Positions 21,283-33,349 of a stretch of 64,000 bases of DNA are shown here, one piece after another (within the stretch, counting starts at the first letter, position 1; each line of letters opens with the position of its first letter). This DNA comes from an uncultured Planctomycetota bacterium (lineage in GTDB: Bacteria > Planctomycetota > Planctomycetia > Isosphaerales > Isosphaeraceae), in NCBI GenBank assembly GCA_963845755.1, contig CAWJTV010000009.1:288001-352000 (forward strand). Reading direction: 5' to 3'. The notes under the pieces are model-generated. The model did not search any database. It was not told the DNA's origin and saw only the letters and a list, made by a program, of their open reading frames with translations. The translations under genes and the position numbers were made by a program.

Positions 21283-22504
21283 GTGCTTTGTCACAGCTTA
21301 ATCTTAGGGTAGACCGACGTGAGTTTACCGCGAGCATCGTCGATCTTCATTTGCCAATCCACGCCGCGCTGGGTGCTGTTGACATCGGATGACCAAGCGC
21401 CGGTCTCCGCTCGCAGGGTGGGAACATCGCCGAAGCGGCGACCGGACACGCACTGGCGTGTCAGGGAGCTCAGCTCATTCTCGGCGATGTTCAGCCAGCT
21501 ACCGTGCTTGGGCGTGTAACAGAACTCGATGCGGCAGACCAACTGGCGCGCCCGGGCGGGTGCAAAACTCTCGTAGAATGCGCCTTTGGTGTGCGTGTTC
21601 AAGTTGTCGCACACGACGATCACGTGCTCGGCGTCGGCGTAACGGCCTTCCATCAGTCGAGCCATCTCGATCGCCCAGTCCACCTTGGTTTTCGTCTCGC
21701 GAACGGCCACCTCGCGCCAACCCGCCAGTGGTTCGGTGAACATGAAGATGTTCGCTGTCCCGCGCGCTCGTACTCATAGTCAACGCGCCGGCCGTGTCGG
21801 CGGGTGGCGGGGATGGGCACGCGGGTCTCCTTCAGCAACTGCACCGGTTGCTCGTCCATGCCCAGCACCGGACGGGCGGGATTATAAGGTATCGCGTAGG
21901 TCTCCAGCACTTCCTCCATGTTGGCTACGAACTCGCCGTCGGCCTTGGGCGGGATGACCCAGTACTCAAGCTTGCGGTTGGTCATGCCGTTTTTTTTAGC
22001 GTACGCCGCACGGTTTCGTAACTCACGGACTCGACGATCCCCAACTCCACGACCTTGCGCGCGAGCAGGCGCAATGTCCAGTTGGCATAGCCCGGGGGAG
22101 GCGATCCCAGTCGCGTGGCAATGATCCGAGCTTCCTGCTCCCCGCTGAGCAACTTCTCGACCGGTGGTGTCTCACGCTTACTGCGGTCCAGCGCTTCGCC
22201 AAAGCCTCGCTCCACGAGACGCTGACGGATGTTCTCCACGCTCTTGGTTCGGCATCCGAATGCCTCGGCGATCCGCTGGTCGGTCCAGTTTGGGCCGTCC
22301 GCGTCCGCCTTGAGCAAGATCTGGGCACGCCGTACCTTCTCGCTTGTCCCCTTCAACTTCTTGATCACGGCCGCCAACTCGGTCCGTTCCTGATCCGTCA
22401 GCCGAACGATATACTTTTTGTTCACGGGGAACCTCCTTTGTCCCCGACATCATCTTCTTTTTGGGGAAAGCCCCCAACCCTAACTTTTAGCTGTGACAGA
22501 GCAC
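21283..22504 (-). mobile_element. IS630 family element, copy 1 (orfA 22425-21982, A8 slippery site, orfB ending 21291)
   Basis: TIR GTGCTCTGTCACAGCT/AGCTGTGACAAAGCAC; TA within CTAG at both ends; MDEQP, CDNLNTH, TPKHGSWLNIAENE. Confidence 0.93.
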
Positions 22505-22507
22505 TAG

Positions 22508-22711
22508 CTTAGGCGTAACTCATTTTCAGAAAAAAGTTGTAACGTGATGGTTTTCCCGTCGATAGTGCTCAGGATGTTATGAGGCTGGGTCCATGTGGCT
22601 TGATTTGAGGCTATATTCTCTATCAATATTACATGTTAATATCTGCAATAATTTAGAATACGTCTGGCGATCCGCGCTTAAACTCCAATGACATAAGCTG
22701 TTACGCCTAAG
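22508..22711. mobile_element. 204-bp AT-rich MITE
   Basis: 12-bp TIR CTTAGGCGTAAC/GTTACGCCTAAG, flanked by CTAG 22504-07 and 22712-15. Confidence 0.8.
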
Positions 22712-23016
22712 CTAGTGCCATTCGTCGATCCGACCGACGCGACCAATCGCGTGCTCGATGCTTCGGTGTCGTGGGACCGGAGTGCGCAAGGCAGCCGCTC
22801 CATGGCACCGCGTCCGTGGTCGATCCGGCTGCAAAGCGACATAGGTGACGCCGGATACATCCGGACCGTCCCAACGTGCTACGATGGTCAATGCCGTCAG
22901 TTGGCCACAATGCGACGAGCGGATCTCGCGACCGAGAGCCGGCGCATGGCCACTTCGGACTTCACAATCGGACAAAGCGCTGTCCCGACGACCCACGTAC
23001 AAAGCGGAGTACCTCG

Positions 23017-23547
23017 ATGAAAAGTGCAGCGACGACTGTGGAGGCGTACCTGGCGACGTTGCCGGAGGATCGGCGGAGGGCGATCGAGGTGGTGCGGAAG
23101 GTGATTCTGGACAATCTGGACGAGGGGTATGAAGAGGGGATTCAGTACGGGATGATCGGATACTACGTCCCGCACCGGGTGTATCCGGCGGGGTATCACT
23201 GCGACCCGAAACAGCCCTTGCCATTCGCCGCCCTTGCGTCTCAGAAGGGGTACATGTCGGTGTACCTCATGTGCATCTACGGCCATGAGGCGCTCCGGTC
23301 CTGGTTTGAAGATGCGTGGGCAAAGGCTGGAAAGAAGCTGAACATGGGCAAGTCGTGTGTGCGGTTCAAGAAACTCGACGACCTGGTGCTCGATGTGGTC
23401 GGCGAGGCGATCCGCCGGGTGCCGGCACGGAAGTACATTGAATACATGGAATCCGCCCGTGCGGCGGCGGGGGCAGGAAGAGGGAAGCCGAGCAAGACCG
23501 AGGCCGTTCCTCAAGCCCGCACGTCGACGAAGCGCAAACGATCGTAA
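23017..23547 (+). CDS. DUF1801 domain protein
   Basis: TVEAYLATLP..YGMIGY..ALASQKGYMSVY..MGKSCVRFKKL. Confidence 0.85.
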   Translation: MKSAATTVEAYLATLPEDRRRAIEVVRKVILDNLDEGYEEGIQYGMIGYYVPHRVYPAGYHCDPKQPLPFAALASQKGYMSVYLMCIYGHEALRSWFEDAWAKAGKKLNMGKSCVRFKKLDDLVLDVVGEAIRRVPARKYIEYMESARAAAGAGRGKPSKTEAVPQARTSTKRKRS

Positions 23548-24225
23548 GCACCTCACTCTGACTCGGCCTTGTGGCCAGGCGTTCATAATGAGGGTGCTCC
23601 AGAAATGTCCTGATCCGCAGCCTGCTCGCGCGCTTCGGTCTGATCGACGAATGGGTGCGCCGTGGCAAAGGTTGGTCCGGTCCTGTCGGGAATGCCCCGA
23701 CCCCGCTGGAAGACGGCGGGTAAAACGTTCCGCTGACCTTCGACCGAAAGGATCGAGGGGACAACAGCATGCGGATGAAGCGACGTGAGACCCAGCGTCA
23801 AGGGGCCGAAAGACGTTCGCGAATTAGACTTCACCCTCGTCTCGGGCAACGGCGCTCGTGCTCCCGTCCTCGGCGACCTCCAGCAGTTCGTCCCGGGTGC
23901 AGGACCTCGGGGACGAACGCGTGGAGTCCACTCTGATCGACTTCTCCGACAACGGCCTTCCTCGTCCCGTATTTGCACGTCCCCTGTGTATGGCCAAGCG
24001 AGCACCAGTTGGGGCGGCGAAATCCCAGGGCCCCGGCCCTCTTTTCGGTTCTTGATGAATGAATATCGACCTCTGGTCTCTTTCCCGGGGAGGATGGTTG
24101 TCGCGTTGGACGATAGCCTGAGCGCCGGCTTTGCCATAAGTAAAGAGGAGTCATTACCCAGACGAGGCCCGGCCGGGATGGGGTCCGGTCCCCGCCTCGC
24201 CGTCCTCGACCCGGAGACGAGATTG

Positions 24226-24987
24226 ATGGATTCGCTGCTCACTGCTCTGATCACCCTGGCGTGCCTGTGCGCCGGCACGGTCCTCGGTTCGCTAATTCGG
24301 AGCCGACTGCCCGATCACCACCTTCGCGACGATTCAAAGGACGTCGTCAAGGCTGCCTCCGGCATGATCGCGACACTCGTCGCGCTGGTCATCGGCCTGC
24401 TGGTCAGCTCGTCCAAATCGTCGTTCGACCAGGCGAATTCCGGGGTGACCCAGATGGGCGCGAAGATCATCCTACTCGACCGCGCGCTCGTGCGTTACGG
24501 GCCGGAGACCAGGGCGATCCGAGAGCGGATGCGTGAGGAGATCGCGACCAGCATTGAGCGCCTGTGGCCAACCGGACGGGGTCTGAAGCCGAGCCTCGCT
24601 GCGGTCGAGCACGGGGCAGGCATGGATGACGTCCTGGACATGATCGAGCAGCTCGTGCCCCCGGACGAGGCGCGTTGCGCCATTCGGTCGCACTCCCTCC
24701 AGACCTGCAGCGAGCTGGTGCATTCGCGCTGGCTGATGATCGAGCAGTCTCAGACCACACTGCCAACGGTCTTCCTCGGGATGTTGATCTTCTGGCTCAC
24801 GGTGCTGTTCGCCAGCCTCGGCTTACTCGCCCCGCGCAACCGGACGACGTGGAGCTGCTTGTTTGTATGTGCGGTGTCGATGGCTGGCGCAATCTACCTG
24901 ATCCTGGAGATGAACCGCCCAATCGAAGGTGCGGTCCAAATCTCACCCGCGCCGCTCCAGAAAGCCCTCTCGGTGATCGGCAAGTAG
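24226..24987 (+). CDS. DUF4239/bestrophin-like membrane protein
   Basis: LPDHHLRDDSKDVVK..ATLVALVIGLLVSSSKSSFD..LDRALVRYGPE..LILEMNRP. Confidence 0.8.
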   Translation: MDSLLTALITLACLCAGTVLGSLIRSRLPDHHLRDDSKDVVKAASGMIATLVALVIGLLVSSSKSSFDQANSGVTQMGAKIILLDRALVRYGPETRAIRERMREEIATSIERLWPTGRGLKPSLAAVEHGAGMDDVLDMIEQLVPPDEARCAIRSHSLQTCSELVHSRWLMIEQSQTTLPTVFLGMLIFWLTVLFASLGLLAPRNRTTWSCLFVCAVSMAGAIYLILEMNRPIEGAVQISPAPLQKALSVIGK

Positions 24988-25221
24988 CCGAAACGTCTTC
25001 AGGCGATTGCTGACCGCCGAGTTGGCGAGTCTGGGGGCCTCTCGACATCGCGCGCCATTCGGATGGACAACGGATGCAAGACGCCGGCCGGCAGCTTGCC
25101 GATTTCCGGAACGTGCCGTTCTTCGATCAGTAAGCGCCGAGTTCAGGCGAATGAGTCGCGTCGGAACAGGGTAAGGGCTCGGAGAAGCCATTGCTGGGGT
25201 GCGGGGGGGGACAGCCGGAGT

Positions 25222-28200
25222 TCATTTCTGTGGCGCCTCGCGTCCCCGGATTTCCGGACCAATTCGGGGACTCGTGGGCGGAATCAGTACTTCCGCCTCG
25301 CGGCGCAGGACGAGCGATTCCAGCCAGTTGTGGTAGTGCAACCCTAACTCCATTTCGACCCGGGCCGGCATCCCGTCACGGTACTGGTCGAGCCACGACT
25401 GGGCCTTGTCCAGCCATCGCAGTGCCTCCTCGGCCTTCCCGAGGCGCTGATTGGCCAGGACCAGCCACAGCCAGTTGAGCACCGCACGGCCCGACTTGGG
25501 GTCGGCCCGCAGGCTCTGCTCGAACAAGGGCACCGCCTGCGGGAACTGGCCGGCCCGGTACGCCAGGGCCCCTTGTTCGGTCAGGGACCAGAACTCTCGG
25601 GCGTTGGCCTCGAGTTCCGCCTTGGCCAGGCGGCCGGGCAGCGTCGCGTCCTCGACGGCGTCGGGGGCCAGGGTGCAGGCGCGGGCCACGTGGTAGGCCC
25701 GCGGGCCCCCGGCCTTGCCACACGCCTCGATCATGTGGGCGCAGGCCCGGGCGTAGCCCGGGCGATCGCAGGTGAGCAACAACAGGGCGGCGTACTCGAA
25801 CCAGACGTGACAGTCGTTTCTCGGGCCGCGCTCGATGGCCCGCGCGAAGCCGTCGGCGGCCTGGGCCCAGTCCCGGTGGGCGGCGGACGCGCGGCCTTGC
25901 CCCAGGGGGTCGGTGGCCAGAGATGCCTCCAGATCCGCCCAGAGGCGCCGCCACTGCTGGCGCTCGGCGTCGGGCAAATTCGCCAGCACCGCCTGGTCCC
26001 GGACGCTGGCCAGGTCGGCCTCCGTCCGCCAGGTCGTGAACCTCCAGCCGGCGACCTGCCGTCTCGCAGCAGTTTAGCCCCCAGGTCCAGGTCGGCCCGC
26101 AGCCAATCCAGCGCCGGCCGGCGCAGGCCGGCGCGCTCCGGCTCGCCGAGCCGCGACTCGTCGGAGCCCAGGTTGGTGGCCCGGGCGGCGGCATAGCGGT
26201 GGCCGCTGCCCAGGTCGTCGGCCAGGTCCGGTCGGGCGGCGAAGGCCGCGGCGTACAGGCCGGCTGCGGCGTGCGGCCGGCCGTATTCCAGGCACAAGCG
26301 GGCCAACTCCAGTAGTTCGGGCGCGGCGGGCCGCTCCTTCCCCTGGAGGAGCGCCTGCAGGCGGGTGTCGAGGGCGAGCATTCGCTCGCACAGATTCAAC
26401 TTCTCCCACAAGGCCGGTCGGCCAGACTCCTCGGTCAGGACCGCGTCGCGGCCGCGACGGACGACCGTGCGGGCCTCGGCGAAGCGGCCGCTCTGGAGCA
26501 GCGCCTCGGCCAGGCTCTCGTGCCTCAGGCCCGCCTTGGATTCGAGCTGGATGGCGCGGCGGAATTCGGCCATCGCCTCGTCGAGCCGGCCCTGGTCCTG
26601 CAAGAACAGGCCGAGGAAATAGTGGTACTGGCCCCTGCATTGGCTCGAGTTCGACGGCCTTGCGGCAGGGCCGGAACGCCTCGTCCCCTTGTCCCAGGCG
26701 CCCCAGGGCGGCGCCGACTTCGAGGTGGACCGCAGCCACCGTTGGCCGCGTCTTCAGGGCGGCCCGGTAGAAGCCCACTGCCTCCGCCGGCTTCCGCTCC
26801 CGCAGGGCCTCGCCCAGGGCGTAGTTGAGCCAGAAGTCCTCCGGGTGCCGCCCCTGGGCCGCCCGCAGCAAAGGCTCGGCCTGCCTGTCCTGCTGCCCGA
26901 GTCTCTTCGCCAGCAGCGTCACAAGCGGGGTCGGCGGCCCGCTCTCGGCTGCCGCTCCGGCCAGCCGCTGCTCCGCCTCTCCTGCCAGGCGCCGGAGCGC
27001 CTCGTCGTCCTCCCACAGCGCCGGATCGCGGAAGCGGTCGCCCCATTGGGGGTCCGCGTCGGCGCGCCGAGCCAGGCGCAGCAGCCGTGCCATCCACGGC
27101 CGGTCCTCGAGCGCGTCGGCCACAGAAGCCCAATGGTCCAGGGCCATCACCAGTTGCGGCCGCAGCTCGGAGGCACCGATCCGGCCGGCCACGGCCCCCT
27201 CTTCCCCCCGGACGTCCAGGCCCGCGTCCTCGAAGGCGCAGCGCGTAGGCGTCGGCCATGCCCCGGTAGTCGAAGCGGCTGGCCTCGATCGACGGGGTCA
27301 GCCGGATCCGCTCCAGCGCCGCCGCCAGCCGCAGGTCCTCGTCCGCCTGGACCAGCCGCCGCCGCAGGTCGTCCGAGCCGGCCTCGTCCAGACGGCTCCT
27401 GGCCTGCGCGAGGATGGCCTGCGCCTCCGGTCAGCGGCCCTGCTGCCGAAGGCCCGGGACCTTGGCCAACGCCGTCTCGACTGCCTCCCGCGCCCGCCCT
27501 GCCGCTCGGCCTGCTGTCGCTCCAACCACAGCCTGCCGCCGACCGTGAGGATGAAAAAGGCCAGAAGCGCCGCCTGCAACCCCGCCGTCGTCGGCTTGCG
27601 TCGGCCCCAGCGCCACAACCGCCCTCCCCAGCCCAGAGGCCGGGCCTGGATCGGCCGCCCCTCTATGAAGCGCGTCAGGTCGTCGGCCAGCGCCGCGGCG
27701 CTGGCGTAGCGACGCTGCGGCTCCTTGGACAGGCACTTCAAACAGATCGTCTCCAGGTTGCGCGGCACTTTCGGGTTCAATCGCGCGGGGGATACCGGCT
27801 CGTGATTGAGGACCTGCCGCTCGGTTTCGGACGCCGTCTCGCCTCGGAACGACGGCCTTCCGGTGAGCAGTTCATAGAGGAGGGCGCCGAGCGCGTAGAA
27901 GTCCGCGGCCGGCCCGATCGTACCCGCCTTCCCGATCACCTGCTCTGGGGCCATGTAGCTGGGAGTCCCGATCCGAGTACCACTCAGGGTAAAGGCCGGC
28001 TCGCCGTCAAAGTGCCGCGCCAGGCCGAAATCGGCGACCTTGGATGTGCCCTCGGCCGTCAGCAGGATGTTGGCCGGCTTCAGGTCGCGGTGCACAATCC
28101 CGCCCCGGAGCGCCACCTGCACGGCCTCGGCCAGCCTGGCCACGAGCGCGGCCGCCTGGCGGCCGGCTGCGGCGTGCCGGCCAGGGCCTGGGACAGGCTG

Positions 28201-28694
28201 CTCCCCTCGAGCAGCTCCATGGTGAAGTACGGACACCCCTGGTGGTCGCCCACGTCGTGGACCTGCACGATGTTCGCGTGGTGCTGGCTGGCCGCCGCCT
28301 CCGCTTCGCGCTGGAACCGCGCCCTCTCCTGCGGCCCGGCGTAGGCGCCGGTGATCAGCATCTTGAGGGCGACGAGGCGGTTGAGCCGGAGGTGCCGGGC
28401 CTTGTAGACCAGGCCCATGCCCCCGCGCCCGAGGAGGGCCTCCACCTCATAGCGCGGTATCTGCGGCAGTTCATCGCCCGTATGCCGCGGAACGGAGGTA
28501 TCGGCGCCCGGGCCGGGGTCGGACCCCGGCGTCGGAAACAACGCATCGAGGTCCGCCTTGACGGCGCACATCTGTAGCCAGCGCCGGCGGACCTCGGGCA
28601 GCAGCTCGGGGCAAGCGGCGCAGACCTGCTCCGGAGTACACCCGGAGTCGCCGAGCACGTCGAGTAGCTCCAGCACTCGCGAATCGACAGCCAT
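25222..28694 (-). pseudogene. Ser/Thr protein kinase with TM and TPR repeats, several frameshifts
   Basis: [35 protein letters not shown] and LDWLRADL TPR modules over at least six frames. Confidence 0.85.
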
Positions 28695-28764
28695 GACTGA
28701 GTTCCTCGATGCGGCTGTGCCAGGACTCCGACACCCAGAGAACGCACTCCCTGCCGGTCTCCAC

Positions 28765-29185
28765 CTAGATCGCGTCCGGCGGCTTCTCGCTCGGGCGGAG
28801 GTCGGCCAGTTGCTCCGCCAGGGGTCGCAGGCCGCGGCTCAACCGCCGCCTCACCGTCACCGCCGAAACGCCGAGCATCTGGGCGACCTCCGCCTGCGTC
28901 ATCCCCGGATCCGCCCCAGGTCGAAGACCTCCCGCTCCTCCTCCGGCAGCTCTTCGATCGCCCAGAGCATGCGGCGCCAGTCTGGGGTCAGGCCCGAGGC
29001 GCTGCTGGCCAGCGCCGGCATGAGCCCCTCCCACAGCACCGCGGCGGCCGGCTGCTCATCTAAGCGTCGGGCCAGGTCGTTCCGCTCCCAGGCGCATATG
29101 CTGGTTGGCCAGCGCGAAGAACTGCCGCACTGTCCGGGGGCGGACTTCGCGCAGCGCCTTGAGGAGCCGTTCCGCCACGGCGGTT
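28765..29185 (-). pseudogene. ECF-type sigma factor remnant (5'-truncated, frameshifted)
   Basis: AVAERLLKALREVRPRTVRQFFALANQHMR..MTQAEVAQMLGVSAVTVRRRL; directly upstream of the kinase. Confidence 0.8.
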
Positions 29186-29646
29186 ACCGGCAGAGGGAGC
29201 AAAAGACGACCGAGTACGCCCTCGAATAGTCTATCACCGGGCGGCATTCGATGTGGATGTCTCGGCCACCGCCCGGGTCGCCGCCTCCATCGAATCGGTG
29301 TCGCCGTCCACGATGCGTTCGATGAGCGCGATGAGCGGTCTGATGAAGGGACGTCGTTCGGCCGGGTGCATCGGCAGTAGGGTTGCGGCGACGCCCCGCA
29401 CCAGGCGGCCGGATCTTCGGATTGACTCGTCCACGGTCGTCCTCGATGGCGAGGCGAGGGGGCTCGGGCGAGACACCGCCAGGCCTATAGTACGACCCTC
29501 ACCGAGGCAACCAGGATAGGCTGGGACGGAGTCACACAGCAAGGCCATGAGGTGGATCGCGCGAAGAAACGATGAAAAAATCCAGCGGGCCGGCCGGCGA
29601 CACACCAGGTCGTGCTCCGGGCCGTCGTCAATCACCAGGTGTGCTA

Positions 29647-32576
29647 GTGCTCTGTCACAGCTAAAAGTTAGGGTTGGGGGCTTTCCCCAAAAAGAAGATG
29701 ATGTCGGGGACAAAGGAGGTTCCCCGTGAACAAAAAGTATATCGTTCGGCTGACGGATCAGGAACGGACCGAGTTGGCGGCCGTGATCAAGAAGTTGAAG
29801 GGGACAAGCGAGAAGGTACGGCGTGCCCAGATCTTGCTCAAGGCGGACGCGGACGGCCCAAACTGGACCGACCAGCGGATCGCCGAGGCATTCGGATGCC
29901 GAACCAAGAGCGTGGAGAACATCCGTCAGCGTCTCGTGGAGCGAGGCTTTGGCGAAGCGCTGGACCGCAGTAAGCGTGAGACACCACCGGTCGAGAAGTT
30001 GCTCAGCGGGGAGCAGGAAGCTCGGATCATTGCCACGCGACTGGGATCGCCTCCCCCGGGCTATGCCAACTGGACATTGCGCCTGCTCGCGCGCAAGGTC
30101 GTGGAGTTGGGGATCGTCGAGTCCGTGAGTTACGAAACCGTGCGGCGTACGCTAAAAAAAACTAGGCTGGCAAAAGTGGCTGGAAAGCCCTCCGGGAGCG
30201 TAGAAAGAGGAGATCGAACCCCGGGAGGAATCCACCCATGCGCAAACGACGACAACGACCACGCCCGCAACCGGACCGGGCCCTGACCCTGACGCCGGTC
30301 CTCTTGACTGCCCCGAATGCCAGCACCGGACCTATGCCGACTACAATAACTATCGCACCATCAGTACTCTCGACGGCGTCTTCCGACTGACCCTGACCAT
30401 CCGACGCTGCCCCAATCCCACCTGCTCCCGCTTCCTCCGCCCCTACCGGCCCGAGGCCGAGCCCCACTTCGCCTTGCCCTATCATGAGTTCGGCCTCGAC
30501 GTCATGGCGCTGGTCGGCCGGCTCCGCTATGCCGAGCACCGCAGCATCCCCGAGATCCACCGCGAGCTCACGCACCGCGGGCTCATCCTGGCCGAACGCA
30601 CCGTCACCAACCTGTTGGACCGCTACGACGAGCTGCGGTCCCTGGCCACGGCCGATCCCCAGCGACTCGGTCCGCTGTTGCGCCCGCAGGGCCGCGTCAT
30701 CCTGGCCATCGACGGCCTGCAGCCGGATGTCGGCCACGAGGTCCTCTGGGTGCTGCGCGACTGCCTCTCCGGCGAGATCCTCCTGGCCAAGAGCCTGCTG
30801 TCGTCCACGGCCCAGGACCTGGCCGGCCTGATCGACCAGGTGCGGAAGGTCCTGCCGGTGCCGATCACCGGCGTGGTCTCCGACGGTCAGGAGAGCATCC
30901 GCAACGCCGTGGCTATCGCCCTCAAAGGTGTCCCCCATCAGCTCTGCCATTTCCACTACCTCCGCGAGGCGGCCAAGCCGATCTACGAGGCGGATCGCCA
31001 CGCCAAGAAGGAGTTGAAGAAGCGGGTGCGGGGCATCCGGAAGATCGAGCGTGCGGCGGAGAAGGAGCTGGAGGACGACGCGGAGGACGCGGAGGCGGAG
31101 GTGGTGCGGGACTACTGCGCCGCGGTGCGCGGGGCCTTGACCGACGACGGACTGCCACCGCTTTCGGCCTCCGGGCTGAAGCGGCAGGATCGATTGAGCC
31201 GGATTGCCGCCAACTTGGACGATGTCGTCGCCAAGGCGGGCGACCTGCCCGGGGGTTTGAAACGGCTGAGGCAATTGCTGCGGCGCGGGCTGGAGGAGAC
31301 GGCCGCGCTGTTCCCGGCGGTGCGCGAGTCGTACCAATGGGTCAAGCGCGCCGCCCGGATCCTCAAGAACGAGGAGGGGCTGCCGGCGAAGAAGGTGCGA
31401 CGGCGGATGGTGCAACTGCTGGCGCGAATGCGCCGGGCGGTGGCGACGACGGACGAGCCCGCGGTGCGGGCGGGTTTGAAGCAGTTCGTGAAGGTGACCC
31501 GGAGCTACTGGCCGGGCTTGTTTGCCTGCTACGAGTCGTCGGATCTGCCGCGGACGAATAACGACCTGGAGCACACCTTCGGCAGTCATCGCTACCACGA
31601 GCGCCGGGCCAGCGGTCGGCGTCGGGGGTCGCCGGGCCTGGTGGTGATGGGCTCGGCGCGGGTGATCTCGGGGCTGGCGACGCGGCTGCGGCCGGACGAA
31701 GGCTTGGTGTTGAGCCCGGGCTATGTTGAGGATTGGAAGGGACTGCGCGGAACTGGAGGTGCGGCGGGAATCGCGGCGGAAGCAACGCCGGTTCCGCCAC
31801 AATCCCGATGCCTACCTCAAGGACTTGGAGCACCGCTGCCTCCAGCTAACTTTGCCAGCCTAGAAAAAAACGGCATGACCAACCGTAAGCTTGAGTACTG
31901 GGTCATCCCGCCCAAGGCCGACGGCGAGTTCGTAGCCAACATGGAGGAAGTGCTGGAGACCTACGCGATACCTTATAATCCCGCCCGTCCGGTGCTGGGC
32001 ATGGACGAGCAACCGGTGCAGTTGCTGAAGGAGACCCGCGTGCCCATCCCCGCCACCCGCCGACACGGCCGGCGCGTGGACTATGAGTACGAGCGCGCGG
32101 GACAGCGAACATCTTCATGTTCACCGAACCACTGGCGGGTTGGCGCGAGGTGGCCGTTCGCGAGACGAAAACCAAGGTGGACTGGGCGATCGAGATGGCT
32201 CGACTGATGGAAGGCCGTTACGCCGACGCCGAGCACGTGATCGTCGTGTGCGACAACTTGAACACGCACACCAAAGGCGCATTCTACGAGAGTTTTGCAC
32301 CCGCCCGGCGCGCCAGTTGGTCTGCCGCATCGAGTTCTGTTACACGCCCAAGCACGGTAGCTGGCTGAACATCGCCGAGAATGAGCTGAGCTCCCTGACA
32401 CGCCAGTGCGTGTCCGGTCGCCGCTTCGGCGATGTTCCCACCCTGCGAGCGGAGACCGGCGCTTGGTCATCCGATGTCAACAGCACCCAGCGCGGCGTGG
32501 ATTGGCAAATGAAGATCGACGATGCTCGCGGTAAACTCACGTCGGTCTACCCTAAGATTAAGCTGTGACAAAGCAC
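29647..32576 (+). mobile_element. IS630 family element, copy 2 (inverted relative to copy 1), interrupted by a nested IS
   Basis: Near-identical to 21283-22504; CTAG at 29644-47 and 32576-79. Confidence 0.93.
30162..31863 (+). mobile_element. Mutator-like/ISNCY-type IS nested in IS630; transposase about 30238-31863 with two frameshifts
   Basis: TIR CTAGGCTGGCAAA(A)GT; A7 target duplication; CPEC zinc finger, IDGLQP, VSDG, CHFH, PRTNNDLE. Confidence 0.88.
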
Positions 32577-32579
32577 TAG

Positions 32580-32931
32580 GTCGGTCCGCATCCCGTGCAA
32601 GGCCTCAGCCCGGGCGATTCATTTCCTGGGCGGCGTCAGCGGCTGGGGATATCCGACCAGCTCACCTGGGACCGTCTCGATCAACGTCCGGCTTCACTAT
32701 GTAGGAGGCAAGACGGAGGACCATCCGCTCATCAATGGCCAGCACTTCGCGGATTACATCGGTCGAGTGGACGTGCCGGGCTCGCTCTTCGCATTCCGGC
32801 TGCGGAATCAACAGCTCCGCTACCTCGCGATCTTCCCTCATCAGGACGGCAGGATCGAAGAGATCGAATTGATCAAAGGCCCGGACGACACCGCGCCGAT
32901 CGTGATGGCCATCACTGTCGAGGGGCGTTGA
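32580..32931 (+). pseudogene. Fragment resembling the C-terminal domain of PVC-type heme-binding/dehydrogenase proteins, cut by IS630
   Basis: SVRIPCKASARAIHFLGGVSGWGYP..VRLHYVGGKTEDHPLINGQHFADYIGRVDVPGS..KGPDDTAPIVMAITVEGR*; has no start codon, so absent from the ORF track. Confidence 0.6.
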
Positions 32932-32954
32932 CTTCCCGGTCCGGTCCGGGCGGA

Positions 32955-33265
32955 CGTGGCGACAGGGCGGTGGAGGCGACGATACCACGCCCGGTACACG
33001 ACGCCCATCCCGCCAAGGCCCAGCACTGACTGCAACTCGTAATCCGGAAGCCGGGAGGGCTCGGGGTCCGGCGGCGCGGGGGGCCTCGGGTTCGATCCAG
33101 GGTGGGAAACATCGCATCGACCTGGGCCTCGATCGCCCGCAGCCGCCTCAGGCGCCGGCGGACCCGGGGCAGCAGCTCGGGGCAGGCCCAGCACACCTGC
33201 TCCGGAGTGCAGGCCGTATCGAGGATCTCCTCGAGCAACCGGTCCTCGCACGGATCGCCGCTCAT
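32955..33265 (-). pseudogene. N-terminal fragment of a Ser/Thr kinase
   Basis: LLEEILDTACTPEQVCWACPELL..YELQSVLGLGGMGVVYRA, breaks off before the VALK lysine. Confidence 0.8.
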
Positions 33266-33349
33266 CGCGAGAGCCGCCGACTGCGGTCGTGTCTTCGATG
33301 CCGACACGGTTCGTCGCTCCTGGCGGGCGGCAAAGTCGGCGGCGCCGTG

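Noticed and set aside
23550..24220. Possible gene in the DUF1801-DUF4239 gap
   Set aside because: Several open frames but no recognisable motif or clear start
30474..32207. 577-aa ORF as a novel fused transposase
   Set aside because: A frameshift near 31750 skips the TAG in the right TIR and runs on into IS630 orfB
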